Assembly: GCA_038496445.1 (NCBI GenBank)
Contig: JALMLS010000062.1
Location: forward strand, 310,001 to 374,000
DNA length: 64,000 bases
Direction of reading: 5' to 3'
Source: Trichosphaerium sp. ATCC 40318
Lineage: Eukaryota > Protista > Tubulinea
The translations under genes and the position numbers were made by a program. Of the stretch, positions 1 to 12,894 are shown piece by piece. The first letter of the stretch is position 1; the number at the start of each line of letters is the position of its first letter. The notes beneath the pieces were generated by a model, which saw nothing but the letters and a program-made list of their open reading frames with translations, made no database searches and was not told the origin of the DNA.

Positions 1-1542
1 AGAATATTATAATCTCACAGCGTCGTTTGTATTATTTAAAAACATTTTCTTTAAGTTTGATGAAGATTATGATACCTGAAGAGCAAAAACTGCAAACAAG
101 TTAAGTAGTTTCCTTTTTTTGAAAGTTACGTTCTAGAGTCCTTCAAAAATGCTACCAAAAGATATTCACAATGGATTCACTGTTTATTTCGTCTCCTATA
201 AATAATGTTCTACGATACTCATAGATCAAGTCTCGCCGGGTCCACCAAGAAAAAAGCCATTGAAGATTTTGACAGCAAAAATCCTTGCCCCAGAAATATC
301 CAAAAACCCGAGCTCTTATATCCTCTACCCGACCTACAATAGCGCTAGCACATAGAGTAGACTAACAATATTAAAATCTTGATGTTTGGCCAAAAATGGG
401 TTTATTGGTTTATTGAGAATTGTTCTTTGGAGGCACGCTAAAAATGCTCTGATAGACATATTTTTCTCAGACTTCAAAAATTGTACCTACTGCGTCTAGA
501 AATGGTAATCTCGGACGTTGTCATTTTTATTTGTATATTCTGAAGTGTCCATCATTGAGTTTTGGCTACTCTGCTAGCACCAGACCGTATGCGCTGTTAC
601 ATAGATTGTTTTACACTAAGCCGTATTGGCAGAGGATTCACATGCACTTGCTCTATCTTGAGGTATCACCCAATGACAGATGTACCCCTTTTTCCTCCCA
701 AGAACTTCGCCGCTAGTTGTTGTGAATCCATTCTAGCTGTACAACAAGACTTGCGCGAAAGTGTTTTTTTAAAGATCACTTTGTAGTATTTTGGAAACTT
801 TATCGCTGCTGCCTAGGATACGTCCTTTGATTCGTTAGAGTAATATAAGCTAAACTTGTAACGTTATGGTAACCAAGTTACTAATATTCTACTATTAAAC
901 TGACCTGAAATCATTAAACCGTCACGTGATGGATAGGTCTCCTTTGTTGACAGGACTCTAGAACGTTCTTTGAGAAAACACTTTTTGTTCTGTTCAGACG
1001 AGCCAAAGACGCCAAACCTGTAGTGAACATATAAGCTTATAGCATTGTATAAACGTTCATGAGCTAATGATGCAATTTTGTCAAGTTATGGGTAGTCAAG
1101 ACTCATTTGCAAAGCGTCGACAAAGAACAACAAAATCCAGTTTATGCACCGTAGTCGTTTGAAGCATGAAAAAGGTTGTCGTACAGTGTGCGTCTCACTG
1201 TGCTTCTCAAAAGAATAATGTATTTGCATACCTCTGCAATTGCTCACCAAACTACTGTATACGTGAGATACCTATTTAAATAGACCTTAAATAACCTAAC
1301 TGCTAAAACTCCTAGGACGTAAGTTCCACTGTTAGTATCAGTAAAAGGGATTACGTCTATTGGAAACAAAAGCGACATGTGCTGAATGTTTCAAAAGTTG
1401 GACTTGTACTTGATATCGTTTGACATATTACAGCTGACATACTACTGACCCAGGGTACTGAGAGAAAGGGCCACGAAACAAAAAAAACCAAAGAACGCGA
1501 ATAAAAGTCAATAGTTTATTACCGGTTGTTACTTGTAATGTC

Positions 1543-2572
1543 TTATTCCTCAGCATCATCTTGAAATGCCTGATTGAAGCGCATATCAATAAATCTTGCC
1601 ATCGTAGCTGTTGGGCATTCATTCTTAACTTTTAAATCCGTATAAACCTCTACAGGATCCTTATTGCCAGCAACAAACTTGGCATGATAATTTAAAGTAC
1701 CATCAAAAGAATACACTTTTTTTATCCCGACAAGTTCACCCTCAACGTAATTGGACTCTTCATATAGCTGACCATTAACATGCCATTCGCGATGTCTTCC
1801 ATGTTCTATACCATGTTTCCAATTTGTTTCTTCTTCAGGGTTACCATTGACAAACCATCTTTGGTACAATCCATGTATTTTATCTTCAAAATAATTCGCT
1901 CGTACTTCGAATGAACCATTCTCAAGGTACTCAATATACTCACCATGTATCTTTCCGTTTTTGTATTCCAATTCTCCTCTGAGAATACCAAGATCCCAGT
2001 ACATGCATTCACCATGCTTAAGACCGTCTTTGTAATAGGTTGTCTCCTCTATTACTCCATCTTCGTCATGTTCAGTTGAGTAGCCAGTTTTCATCCCATC
2101 TACGCAAGTAGACATCTCTGCCACCTCACCAGTGCTAACGTGAAACGATGTTACTTTACCTTGTCGCTTTCCGTCTTTGTAGTAACACTCGATTGTCACT
2201 TCCTGATCTGAACAGTTACCTACTTTTTTTGATTGATCATTCAATGAAATGTTCTGTTTGAAGAAAAAAAATAACCCGAAAACGGTTGACAAAACGCGGT
2301 AAAATCTTCGTACTGTATCCTTGTTCTATCCATGGACCTTGTTTTTGTAAGTTATCAGTGTAATGGGTACGTGTTGCGGCTGTACGAGAGAGACAGTTGT
2401 ATTTTGCGAAAACATCAATATCAAGAGCGCAAATCTCCCTTTGCAGATCTTTAGGTAGTTCAATGAGCGTCAGGGGACTTTTTGTAGACACCATTCTAAT
2501 TTTTTCTGGCTTAATGAGCGATTCGCTTGTTTTGCCGCTTCTGAATGGCCTGTTTCCGTGGTGGTGCTCCAT
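1543..2572 (-). CDS. F-box-like N-terminal domain + MORN-variant repeat protein (copy 1), probable intron 2313-2220
   Basis: ORF 2237-2572 has LIELPKDLQREICALD...LQKQGPW. ORF 1543-2292 has repeats like WHVNGQLYEESNYVEGELVG. A GTACGA...AAGTAG intron joins them in phase 1 (QGYS-NCSDQEVT). Confidence 0.8.
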
Positions 2573-2936
2573 GCGAGGTATGTTTAAGGTGAAAACGGTT
2601 TTGTGATGTTGTCAAGACAATTCTTGTTCCTCGCAGTCAACAAAACGGTTTTTACATTAGTGAACGTTTCCGCCCTCTCCTCTTGTACAGCCTTTACTTG
2701 CGTAGGTGAGCGAATTGCGAGTATTTGTATGAGTTTAAGGGCGCTATGAGGCAAAAAGCCGAATTTTGTCAATTTTCGGATGACGTCGTTATTGCGTGTT
2801 TACAACAATAGCTGCAAAAGCGGAAGCGTACTAGCTGATGTGAACATACAACAAAGGAGCAGTCAACCGCTCACGGGACTCAAATAAGTCCAACAATTGA
2901 ATTCTTGTCATAATAAATCGGTAGCGTACGTATAGA

Positions 2937-3635
2937 ATGACGACTAAACGCAAGGTACTCTTTTTTACAGAAATAATAAACGTTTATTCGCCCTAACGCA
3001 TATGCGACTAGCTGACTACGCCAAAAAGCGAACCAACCACTAAAACGAACCTTTTGAGCCTTCCAAGTGATTTACACATTGAAATGGCTGAAACAGACCT
3101 CGAGGTATATCTAAAGTGGCCGTTACTGTCAAAACAGATAGCTCAAATGACGAGGTTCGATAATAAGCTAAAAAAACACAGAAAATGGATTCGACAAAAA
3201 GTCAACAAAGAATCATCGAAAAGACAAATTAAATTACACGCACATTGGAGTCATGGTAAACTTCACGGTGAGCTTAAAACATTCCATGGTAGCGGTCAAT
3301 TGAGTCTACAATTCAAGTACGTTAGAGGTAAAAGAGAAGGAGAGTGTAAGAGCTGGAACAAAGAAGGTCAATTGAAATTTAAGAAATATTATGTCAATGC
3401 AAAAAAGGAAGGTGATTACTTTGAGTGGCATGATAATGGTCAGATGTTTAGACATACTTACTATGTTGATGGTAAGAGGGAAGGAGAACAACATACTTGG
3501 CATGCTAATGGAAAACAGCATATTAAAGTATTTTATAAGCATGATGTTAGACATGGAGAGTTCAAACGTTGGAGTGAAGACGGACAATTAATTAAACAAT
3601 GTAATTTTGTCAATGGTACATCGAACAATAAGTAA
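2937..3635 (+). CDS. F-box-like + MORN-variant repeat protein (copy 2), intron 2955-3011
   Basis: Micro-exon MTTKRK, then GTACTC...CCTAAC...CTAG, then LTTPK...LLSLPSDLHIEMAETD..KWPLLSK and about 5 repeats of 24 aa (WHDNGQ...YVDGKREG). Confidence 0.88.
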
Positions 3636-4143
3636 AGTTTACTAACTAAGTTGCCTGTTTTATGCCATATTCTCCTCACACCACTCAAGAGGTATGAACA
3701 ATTGGCTGTCAACAAAAACCTCAACAATATTGTCAACGCTTATAACATTTAGAACTTTGCGACCGTTGTATAAGGTACAGTTGTAGCCAACGGATGCCTA
3801 ATCACTCAAATCTTTCTATTGTTGTCTCTCAGAGAATTTCATCAAATCATCATTAACGCACTAGTATTATACCTCGCTACCGCTGTCTACCAAACTATAA
3901 TAAATATAGAACCTACCAGCCATATTATTAAATAAGATCGCAGATAATGAGTGTAAATGAATGCTCATATGGAACAGAGAGTAAGAGTATGAGTCAACAA
4001 ACCACAATAATTTTACATAGTAGCTGTTTAGTTTTTAAGGCTCATCTCCTTTGTTCAATAGTGAGCTGAGATAAAAAACCAGTGGTGATGGAATGGAAGG
4101 GTGCTTAACCTCCTAAACCTACTACGCTGAGGGAGCCAGCGAT

Positions 4144-4772
4144 ACAGATAAAAAATCTGAAGCTTCTTTCTGGAAAACATCTTCCTACCTCTTTACTCGC
4201 TGTTAAGGGCCAGCGCACCATGCTCTGTCTTGGAGGGTGCCTTTCTATAAAGTCACCATTCAATTATCGCAATTGGCACGAGTTTGTGGACCCATTCTCA
4301 ATGGCTACAGACCACTATCTCAGCTCGTGTTTTGCTCTTTTTATTGAGTTCTATAATCTTAGTTTTAGATTAGAAATGTTCTCATTTGGGTACAAAACCA
4401 GATGTGCGGAGACAATCCGTCGCTCGGATGTGATTCTACCTAGGATGTGATTCTACCGGTAGGACGTTCCCATTTATGGGACAATGTACACGACAATATA
4501 CATTTCAAAACACTTTTTGTACCGGTTGGCAGTGAGCAAGATTGATCACAGTAAAAGTTTTTCTTGCTCATAACCTGTATCTGTTATTCAAAATGGAACC
4601 CTGTGATGCCCTGTGTTGTATTTAAACTAACTTTAACGACTTCAAATACATAGGGGCGTCATGAACCTCAACGAGTTTGATTACGTGATATTTCGATGGC
4701 ACGTGATTAAAAACGTTTTCATCTTCTTCTCTTTTTCAATCGGTAGAAATCACGATATCCATATTACAGTCC
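4144..4772 (+). repeat. Dispersed ~600-bp repeat A, copy 1
   Basis: Colinear high-identity match to 8642-9249 from ACAGATAAAA..ATCTGAAGCTTCTTTCTGG to TTACAGTCC. Internal tandem GGATGTGATTCTACC x2. Confidence 0.9.
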
Positions 4773-4782
4773 TTATTTTCTC

Positions 4783-5548
4783 AATATTGTCTGTTTCATT
4801 CAAGTTTTGAGACAGACTGACATTTAGCAAAAAAAATCCAGTTTCTGCCCGATCTGTCAGAGCTGACAGATTTGACACTTCTGACATATCTTGCAAATTG
4901 TCATTTTTTAAATGTGAGCTACCCTCGCGCCTGTCGAGTGAATCCAACCGTTTCAAACCCACGTGATTTAACAAACCCATAGCAAAAAATTTTATTTACA
5001 TATTTGACCCCTGGTACAAAGCCTACAGCAACGCTGGTGTTTTGGGAGGTTTTAACGTTATTACACTAGCCTTGCTATTTGGATGCTGCCATAGCGCTTT
5101 TGTTAGCGTGGAGTAGGCGCTAGCGTAGCGCTAGTAAGTTATACACGTACGTTGATTTTTTGGAGCAAAACATACAGCAAACAGTGTTTGAGGCATTCAT
5201 ACCGTGTTTGGTAGTAATGCGATAGCTTTGTAGGACATCATACCTTTTTAATTCGCTTTTAGCGCTTTGAACACTTCTGTGGTTTGATCGTACCGTGTAC
5301 AGTTTGCGTAGGTAAAATGCTGCGATCATCTTCATGGTCTGTTGAAACTTACATTGAAAAATTTGCTATCACTTACCGTAAGGTACCTAAGTCATACAAT
5401 GAAGAACAACATTGTGACACAAATAGTTTACATTGTGATAGATCTACACCATTTGACAGAAGTGTCAGATCTTGCTAGATCTGCTAAAAGTGCTAAAAAC
5501 TCACTTTCTAGAAAATATTAGTAAAACATGAATGAAACAGACAATATT
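4783..5548. mobile_element. Non-autonomous TIR element (MITE-like family B), copy 1
   Basis: 26-bp TIR with one mismatch (AATATTGTCTGTTTCATTCAAGTTTT / AAAACATGAATGAAACAGACAATATT), subterminal IR (TGACACTTCTG / CAGAAGTGTCA), and an inverted copy near 14.7-15.4 kb. No clear TSD. Confidence 0.8.
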
Positions 5549-6665
5549 AACAGGTCAAAAGGCCCTTGTGGCATGATAACGGTGTCACTACCCCTACCAG
5601 CTGTTGTAGAGTTGTGTTAGTTAGTATATAATAAAGAAATATACAGGACGTTATCGCTCAGAGCTTTTTTAATATTCTGTCTGTTTTCAAGTAATTGGTT
5701 GGTGGCTGCTAGTTATTTCAACATGTTTAGCACGCTTGTGTTCGCCAATTGAAGGGAACAATGGTTTAGTTGATTATTGGTTAGATTGCAAAGTCTCTAG
5801 CAATTATTAGTAGCCGTAGATGTGAACAATACGCTAGTATAGACACGGTATTCGTATAGTCAATATCTCAACGGTATTTGGCCGTTGTACAATAAGGTTT
5901 CTGGGCACTTGTGATTTGGACTGTTTGGTTTACCAATCTTTGCACTTCAGTCTGCGAAGAGTGGTTTCTCACGTCTTGGTAGAGGTATCAACCTACTAAC
6001 CGCCCTGTATTGTCGGGTACGAGGCATCATTCAAATCACAAAGTTTGACAGTCCATGTAAATTGGAGCTTGCTTAAAGCCAGTGCTTTAGCGTGCCACTC
6101 TGAAGGCGGCAGTCGTTGCTTATCGAATGTTGACAATAAGCAAGTTGGCTTAATTACACGACTCTTCTTCGAATTAAATTCCGAACTCGCGAACGTCCTA
6201 CACTGTGGCAAACCGGTTATTTAATACGATTGCTATTAATTGTGTATGGTACGTACAGCTATATTAAAACGATTAGAGCGTATTTCGTTTTTTTGTACAG
6301 AGAACTTGTTTTTGAAGCTTTTGCTTTGCTTTACTCGCATTTCTTTTAAACGGTTTGGCTCCTTTTTAGAACAAAATCCGCTTCGTTTCCTATCCGCCGT
6401 GCAAGCTATAAAATTATTTTCGGGCCACGTGTAGCTCAGAATTTGGCGCAAAGCCGACTTTTTTTTACCACCTGCGCAAATTTTGTGTATGCTCATTGTA
6501 CAGCTTCTGCACACTTATTTTAAAACTTGTAGCAGCAAATATTGCGCCTTGCATAATTTTTGTTAAAAGGGTTGTTTATTTTGTTAACAAGTGAAACACG
6601 TGAAAAAGTTAAAACATTTAATGTCGATTTTTTGTTCTCCCTTGTGTTTTTGCTAATAGTAGAAT

Positions 6666-7826
6666 TTGTTACAGTCAACTGCAAAGCATAAAAAAATACA
6701 CAGTAAACCAGGCTCCTTGAGTTTACTGGATATACCATGTGAACTCCAAACTTACATTTGTACTTTCAATGCAGAAACATTCACAAAATTCCATACATTA
6801 TCAAAGAGAGCTGCGATTAATACACATTTTGATGAAACACTACAAAAGAAAGGAGTATGGATACAATGGTACAAAAGTGGCAAGGTACAGCTCCATAATT
6901 ACATTGCAAGCGGATTGTATAAACAATGGTATGAGAGCGGACAACTTGAGAGACAGTATACATCAATTGATGGTAAAAAAACTGGACTTAGTTTAGGATG
7001 GTATAAAAATGGTCAACTAGAGAGGCAATGCATGTGGGTTGATGGTAAACAGCATGGCGAAAGCAAATATTGGCATGAGAATGGACAACTTGAGGAGCAA
7101 TGCATGTGGTTTGATGATAAACAACACGGTGAAAGTAAGGGATGGTATAAAAATGGACAGATTTCAGACCACAGCTTGTGGGCTGAGGACAAACAACATG
7201 GTGAAAGTAAGGGATGGCATGAAAATGGACAACTTAAGTACCATAACATGTGGGCCAATGGTAAACAACATGGTGAAACTAACGCATGGTATAAAAATGG
7301 ACAACAACAGAGGCAATGCATGTGGGTTGATGGTAAACCACATGGTGAAAGTACAGGATGGTATGACAATGAGACTGGACAACTAAAGTATCAGTGCATG
7401 TGGACTGATGGTAAGCAACATGGCGAACGGAAATCATGGTATGAAAATGGACAGATTTCAGACCACAGCTTTTGGGTTGAGGATGAAGCACATGGTGAAG
7501 GTAAGGAATGGTATGAGAATGGACAACTTAAATACCAGAACATGTGGGTTGATGGTAAGCAACATGGCGAAGATAAAGGATGGTATGAAAATGGACAACT
7601 TAAATACCAGAACATGTGGGTTGATGGTAAAAAACATGGCAAAAGTAAAGGATGGTATGAAAATGGACAACTTAAGTACCATAACACGTGGGTTGAGGGT
7701 AAAAAACATGGCGAAAGTAAAGGATGGTATGAAAATGGACAACTTAAGTACCATAACATGTGGGTTGAGGGTAAAAAACACGGTGAAAGTAAGAGATGGT
7801 ATATGAATGGACAATTATGTAAATAA
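6666..7826 (+). CDS. F-box-like + MORN-variant repeat protein (copy 3), about 12-13 repeats; a 5' micro-exon probably lies upstream
   Basis: LLDIPCELQTYICTFN..KFHTLSK..THFDETLQKKGVW, then 72-nt tandem units WYENGQLKYQNMWVDGKQHGESKG. The ORF begins at a non-ATG codon just after an acceptor-like CTAATAGTAG. Confidence 0.9.
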   Translation: MLQSTAKHKKIHSKPGSLSLLDIPCELQTYICTFNAETFTKFHTLSKRAAINTHFDETLQKKGVWIQWYKSGKVQLHNYIASGLYKQWYESGQLERQYTSIDGKKTGLSLGWYKNGQLERQCMWVDGKQHGESKYWHENGQLEEQCMWFDDKQHGESKGWYKNGQISDHSLWAEDKQHGESKGWHENGQLKYHNMWANGKQHGETNAWYKNGQQQRQCMWVDGKPHGESTGWYDNETGQLKYQCMWTDGKQHGERKSWYENGQISDHSFWVEDEAHGEGKEWYENGQLKYQNMWVDGKQHGEDKGWYENGQLKYQNMWVDGKKHGKSKGWYENGQLKYHNTWVEGKKHGESKGWYENGQLKYHNMWVEGKKHGESKRWYMNGQLCK

Positions 7827-8641
7827 TAAATTAGTGATTTTGTTTATTTTTTTGGACACTAAAATTACAGTTTTATTTACACAACAAATAGCCTTTTGAG
7901 TCAGCACTGTCTAGCTTAGTAATAGGTTGTATGGTATTACTATACGGTATCAACACAATGTGTAATAGTCGTAGCAGTAAGTCCTACCAAATTGGGTGGT
8001 GATTTGTTACAGAATAGCCAAGTCTTTTACATTATAGTAGTAAGTTGTGCAATACTTAACAACTTTGCTCTATCAGAAGCTGTTGTATCATCCTTATCTT
8101 CACATATATCATCTATCCACTGACTTGATTTTTCCTCCCGAATAGTGCTATGAAGCAAACTGCAGTTGAATAAGAGACAGCACCTAGTAACAAAACAATT
8201 AACTTTTCAACTGGCAATCATTTTTTGCTAATAAGGATAAAGAAGTAAGTGACAACATGTTTGGTATGATGGTGACGTATGATTATACATACCTTCTGAT
8301 GTAAAGTAGGCTACTGAATAGAACAACCTACTGTCCATATAAAATCCAGTTGATCTGAACGAAAATAAAAGTACTCACAGAAGAAAGCATACAACAAATA
8401 CGAGTGTCATCCCAGTGATCTAAAGAAGAAAGCAAGTATCACGTGTTACGTGATAAATTCAAAAAAAGATGTGGGCGTCTTTCACCTTGGCTACATCAAG
8501 TTCATTCAAAAAACGTTTGAATAGATATGGAACCATACCTGAACGAAATGAGCTCAAACGACGTTAAAACAAACTTAGACTCTGAGAGTTTCTTTTTCTT
8601 GCTCGAAGTTCTATTTTTGTAACACGTACATTAAGAACGCC

Positions 8642-9249
8642 ACAGATAAAAATCTGAAGCTTCTTTCTGGAAAACATCTTCCTACCTCTTTACTGCTGTT
8701 AAGGGCCAGTGCACCATGCTCTGTCTTGGAGGGTTCCTTTCTACAAAGTCACGATTTAATTATCGTAATTGGCACGAGTTTGTGGACCCAGTCTCAATGG
8801 CTACAGACCACTATCTCAGCTCGGGTTTTGCACTTTTTATCGATTTCTATAATCTTAGTCTTAGATTAGAATTGTTCCATCTGGCAAAGCAGATGTGCGG
8901 AGACAATGCGTCGCTCGGATGTGATTCTACCTAGGATGTGATTCTACCGGTAGGGTGTTCCCATTTATTGTACAATGTACTACATCACATTTCAATAACT
9001 GTTAAAACACTTTTTGTATCTGGTTTGGCAGTGAGCAAGGTCGACCACAGTAAAAATTGGTTTTGCTTGTATCTTTTTTATTCAAAAATGGAACCCTGTA
9101 TTCAAAAGAAAAAACGCGTATATACAGGTTATCGTCGCTCATTACTTCAATAAAGTATGATTACGTGATATTACGATGGCGGCATGTGATTAATAACGTT
9201 TCATCTTTTTCTCTTCGGAAGAAATCACGTGATAACTAAATTACAGTCC
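8642..9249 (+). repeat. Dispersed ~600-bp repeat A, copy 2
   Basis: Direct repeat of 4144-4772 with scattered substitutions and indels. Confidence 0.9.
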
Positions 9250-9386
9250 CAGACCATGTTCTTCCTAACTAAAGTGATATTGTAGCTCAGGTTACAACTA
9301 GTTTTGTGCAATTCAAGGGTACTTTTACAACAATTCTGTTTTTTTTACTTTATTTCTTAGTTTTTCTAGACTTCCCAACCCTAGGC

Positions 9387-9960
9387 TAGCGATGTTCCAA
9401 ACGGATATATTGCAAAATTCGTATTTGAAAAAAAATTTCTTGGTTTATTCGAATATATTCTTATCGCTTTTGTGGTGAGACAAAACGGCGCAAATTACAT
9501 CCTTATTACTAAAACCATTTCTTTACATCCTCACAACGTCTGAGACTTTTTTAATCCAGCGGCTGCGCTATTTCTACGCGTGGAAAGTACTAAAAAGTGG
9601 TTTTGAGACAGCAAAAAAATAGATCATGTGGCGGGCTCAAGATTGGCTCGAATTGTCAAATAAACGTCACCACTGGCACAATTTCACACAACAAAAGTGT
9701 CGGTTAGGCCTACCGTGACTTAGTTTTACCGCTACAATGTAGATATCTTAAACTCACTCAATATAGGGCTTTCAACCACTCTATGTATAGAACTATGCAT
9801 TTTAAAACATATGAGAGTAGTGGTGATTAAAAAAAAAGCCAACAACTTTCAGTTTCGCAGTCGCTCTTCTCTGAAAACCGAATCGGAATAGAGTCGACTA
9901 TTTCCAACTTTTTACGTTCTGGCGATAGATTCGGTATTCTATTCGTTTGGAACATCGCTA
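9387..9960. mobile_element. hAT-type non-autonomous element (MITE), 574 bp
   Basis: Perfect 17-bp TIR (TAGCGATGTTCCAAACG / CGTTTGGAACATCGCTA) and perfect 8-bp TSD CCCTAGGC (9379-9386, 9961-9968). An 8-bp TSD with TAGnGATG ends is typical of hAT. Confidence 0.93.
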
Positions 9961-10195
9961 CCCTAGGCCTCTTCCTTTCAGTAAAGAAACGTAGCTACTT
10001 AAAAACGGAGAGTGCCAAAGACACAAGTATTTCAAGCAATTTACGTTGAGTAAATAGCGTAACAAAAGTGTTGAGTTCTAGACGTTTCAGAGCAACCCAG
10101 GCAATACAATCAAACGGGAACTTTGGAGTGGATTATATTTTTTATTCGCAAAGATGCTGCGTTCAGGCCAATAGGTGTTAAACTACGTTCCTTCT

Positions 10196-11831
10196 CTAAT
10201 GCCCTGGAGTACCCTCTGCAAGTGCTTTGATACGCCAAACATAGTAAGGTCTATTCTTTACCACGTGACTATTTTTAAAGAACCATAAATATTTGTGCAA
10301 AAACAGAACAATAACTGTACCTTCTGAGCTGCATGATTACATTAGAAAGATCAGAATCCGTGAAATACAACCATTTATCAGGACCAAAGCTTGATTTGAT
10401 ATGTTTAGTTCTTTAAATAGTAGGTTAAGAGTGGTTTACCTGAATCCATCCGGCCAACACCATCGATCGTCTTTTACTAGTGCTGATAATTCTCCTTTGT
10501 TATTCAGTACTGAAATTGCACCATGTTCTACAGCTGTGATGTATACGTTTCCTTCTTTGTCAAGTGTGATACCATCACTTTGAGGTGTTGGACCAAATAA
10601 TTCTACCTAGAAAGAATAAGTATACCTAACAAGTAGTTTACTGAAACGTACTTGTTTATCAAGTTCGTCGTTTGTTAGTTTTTCGTTCAACAAGTGAGAT
10701 ATCTTAATACGGAACATAGATTCATGAGACATTGGAGAGTAGTAAATATACTCTCCGGCATCATCAATACCGATAGAATCAAGCGAAGGGTGCATGCTAA
10801 TGGCATATCAGCACAGAACTTTTAACAGCTGATACTTACTTGTACAATCCGAAAAATTGCATGATATGTCCTTTTGCCTTAAAAAAACACGTGTCAACAT
10901 CACGTGATTATTTTCAAACGTAACAATGTAAGTAATGGGCGTACGTTTATATCATATGGCTTAGCTACTACGGAAGGATGATTTTCAAGAACACGTCTAC
11001 CCTTTTTTGCTTCAATATCATAAACAATAATAGAAGGGCTCAGATTAAATATGCCAATATCAGCGATAAAAATAAACTTTCCGTCATTTGACACTTGGAA
11101 ATCTTGAGTATACGATCCGTACCCAGCAACATCTAAAAGAAAGTTAATCGCGATAAGTAGTAGTCGACATTTGATGATAAGTTTGGTTGGCCGAGTTGAG
11201 ATGATGAAATGATTTCCCAGCTTGTTACCACGAGGGCTTGAATAAACAACTGTAATGTACCTTTTGGAATATCCCAGCGATGTACTAGTTCTTTTGTTTC
11301 ATAATTAAACGCTAAAAGCCTTGGTTGCTTCAATCCATGAAACCCAGTATCTAAGGTCCAAAGTCTATCTTGTCTATCGATACGAAGACTGAAAACGTTA
11401 TCAAAGTAAGGTTCGCCATTACCACGGCTACTCTGCCATTCTTCATTAGGCCAAGGAACAGGCTTGCCATCAATGATTTCAAGCACACGGTGCGTTGGAT
11501 GTCCTAAGAACTCTTGTTAAGGTTTTTTCTCATCTTTTTTGGGCAAAATCAACGAAACTCATTTTGACGCTTCGTGCACGTGATATTTTTAAGACGTACC
11601 TTCTGGGTGGTAGTTAATGAATACTCTACCTTCTTTTGATACAGCAATATTACCAGGCGCTTCGTCAAGTACGGCTACAATCTCTGCTTGTACTTCTTTG
11701 CTTGTTTTTATTGGTTTACCGAGAGGTAACGTAAAAGGCTTCGTAGGGCCTCCATAAATATACTTAAGACCTCCTAACAGTATTGCGAGTGTCAAGAAAA
11801 TAAAACCAATTGTATTCGTTAGGCACGCCAT
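10196..11831 (-). CDS. Yellow / major royal jelly protein family (L-dopachrome tautomerase-related) beta-propeller, multi-exon
   Basis: N-terminal signal/anchor; PGNIAVSKEGRVFINYHP, SLRIDRQDRLWTLDTG, SDGITLDKEGNVYIT, WPDGFSFGPDKWLYFTDSDL; ends PYYVWRIKALAEGTPGH*. Confidence 0.9.
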
Positions 11832-12091
11832 CCTTTAACGTCCAAAGTTTAACAAAACAAGAAAGCCTTAACACAATTTTAAAATCCAAACGGTTGCCTT
11901 AGCCCAACACCTCTAGCGTAAAGAATACACTCAACATAATACATGTCTAACTTTGTAAGATTTTAATTAGCGTAATACAGGACGTACTGGAGTTGGTCTA
12001 TAATTTCTTGTGTTACACTCAAAACGTCTTAGTGTGGTCGGTGAGAGTAGGCTTGAGCCTTTTCTTTTAGTACAAAAAACAAGTTGTCCTG

Positions 12092-12894
12092 TTAATCTAT
12101 GCTATTGTGCTTGATAACGAAACTCTGCTCCAATCGCCCACTACTATCCCATTTCTTGTACTCTCCCTCCATAGTACCTTTAACAACGTGGAAGTATACG
12201 TTCAATGTGCCATTTCGATACCACCTCTTACACACTCCATCGTTTTTGCCTTTTGTAATAGAAGCTGTGCTCTTCCAATTGACCATTGGCGTACCACCTT
12301 TTGTATTCTCCGTGCTGCTCACCGTGAACAAAATAGGATTTTGAAGCTAACTGTCCACTGACGTGCCATGCCTTGTGCACTCCATGAATTTTACCATTGA
12401 CATAATAAAACTGGTTAATCAAGCCACCATCAACATGCCACAGATTGTACTCTCCTTCCATTTGACCATTAATGTAATTAACCGTCCTTAATGGTTTGCC
12501 ATTCATATGAAGCATCTTGTAATCTCCTTCCTGTCTATCATTCATATAATTACACTGAACATTCAAAAGGCCAGTACTGTACCACTTTTTGTACAGCCCA
12601 TGTTTTTTACCATGTCTCCAATTAAACTCTTGATAAACAAATAAAGTACCTTGATTTATTTTTTTTTGTAGCCATTTACCATGTTTGTTTAACTCACTAT
12701 CAAATCTTGTTGTTGTTGCTGTGTATTTCGATAGTAAAGGCCAGTTTTGATAAACAAATTGGTCCATATCCAATAAATATAGGTGTAACTCAACTGGAAG
12801 ATTAAGTAGATGGCAATGCTCGAGGTCCTATTTATTCAAGTGTTAGGCATGAATAATGAGTTTGTATTAGTACCTTATGTATTGATGCCCCCAT
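12092..12894 (-). pseudogene. F-box-like + MORN-variant repeat protein (copy 4), intron 12873-12828 and a +1 frameshift near 12252 (pseudogene or assembly indel)
   Basis: MGASIHK | DLEHCHLLNLPVELHLYLLDMD..NWPLLSK. The repeat register continues SFYYK>GKNDGVCKRWYRNG only if one A of an A4 run is removed. Confidence 0.8.

Noticed and set aside
1-800. Partial gene at the window start
   Set aside because: I could not build a consistent reading frame or recognise a motif.
4095-4170. TPP riboswitch (GGGTGC...GCTGAG...ATAC)
   Set aside because: The P4/P5 core (ACCTGAT...TAATGCC..CG.AGG) is absent.
6990-7800. 72-nt periodic repeats as a CRISPR array or DGR template/variable pair
   Set aside because: They are in-frame coding repeats with no spacers, no cas or RT gene and no adenine-specific variation.
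7013-7814. Cys/Pro/His-rich antisense and alternative-frame ORFs over the MORN arrays (also 26083-26826)
   Set aside because: Shadow ORFs caused by repeat periodicity.
4144-9249. LTR retrotransposon bounded by repeat A
   Set aside because: No TG..CA ends, PBS/PPT, TSD or gag/pol in the interior.
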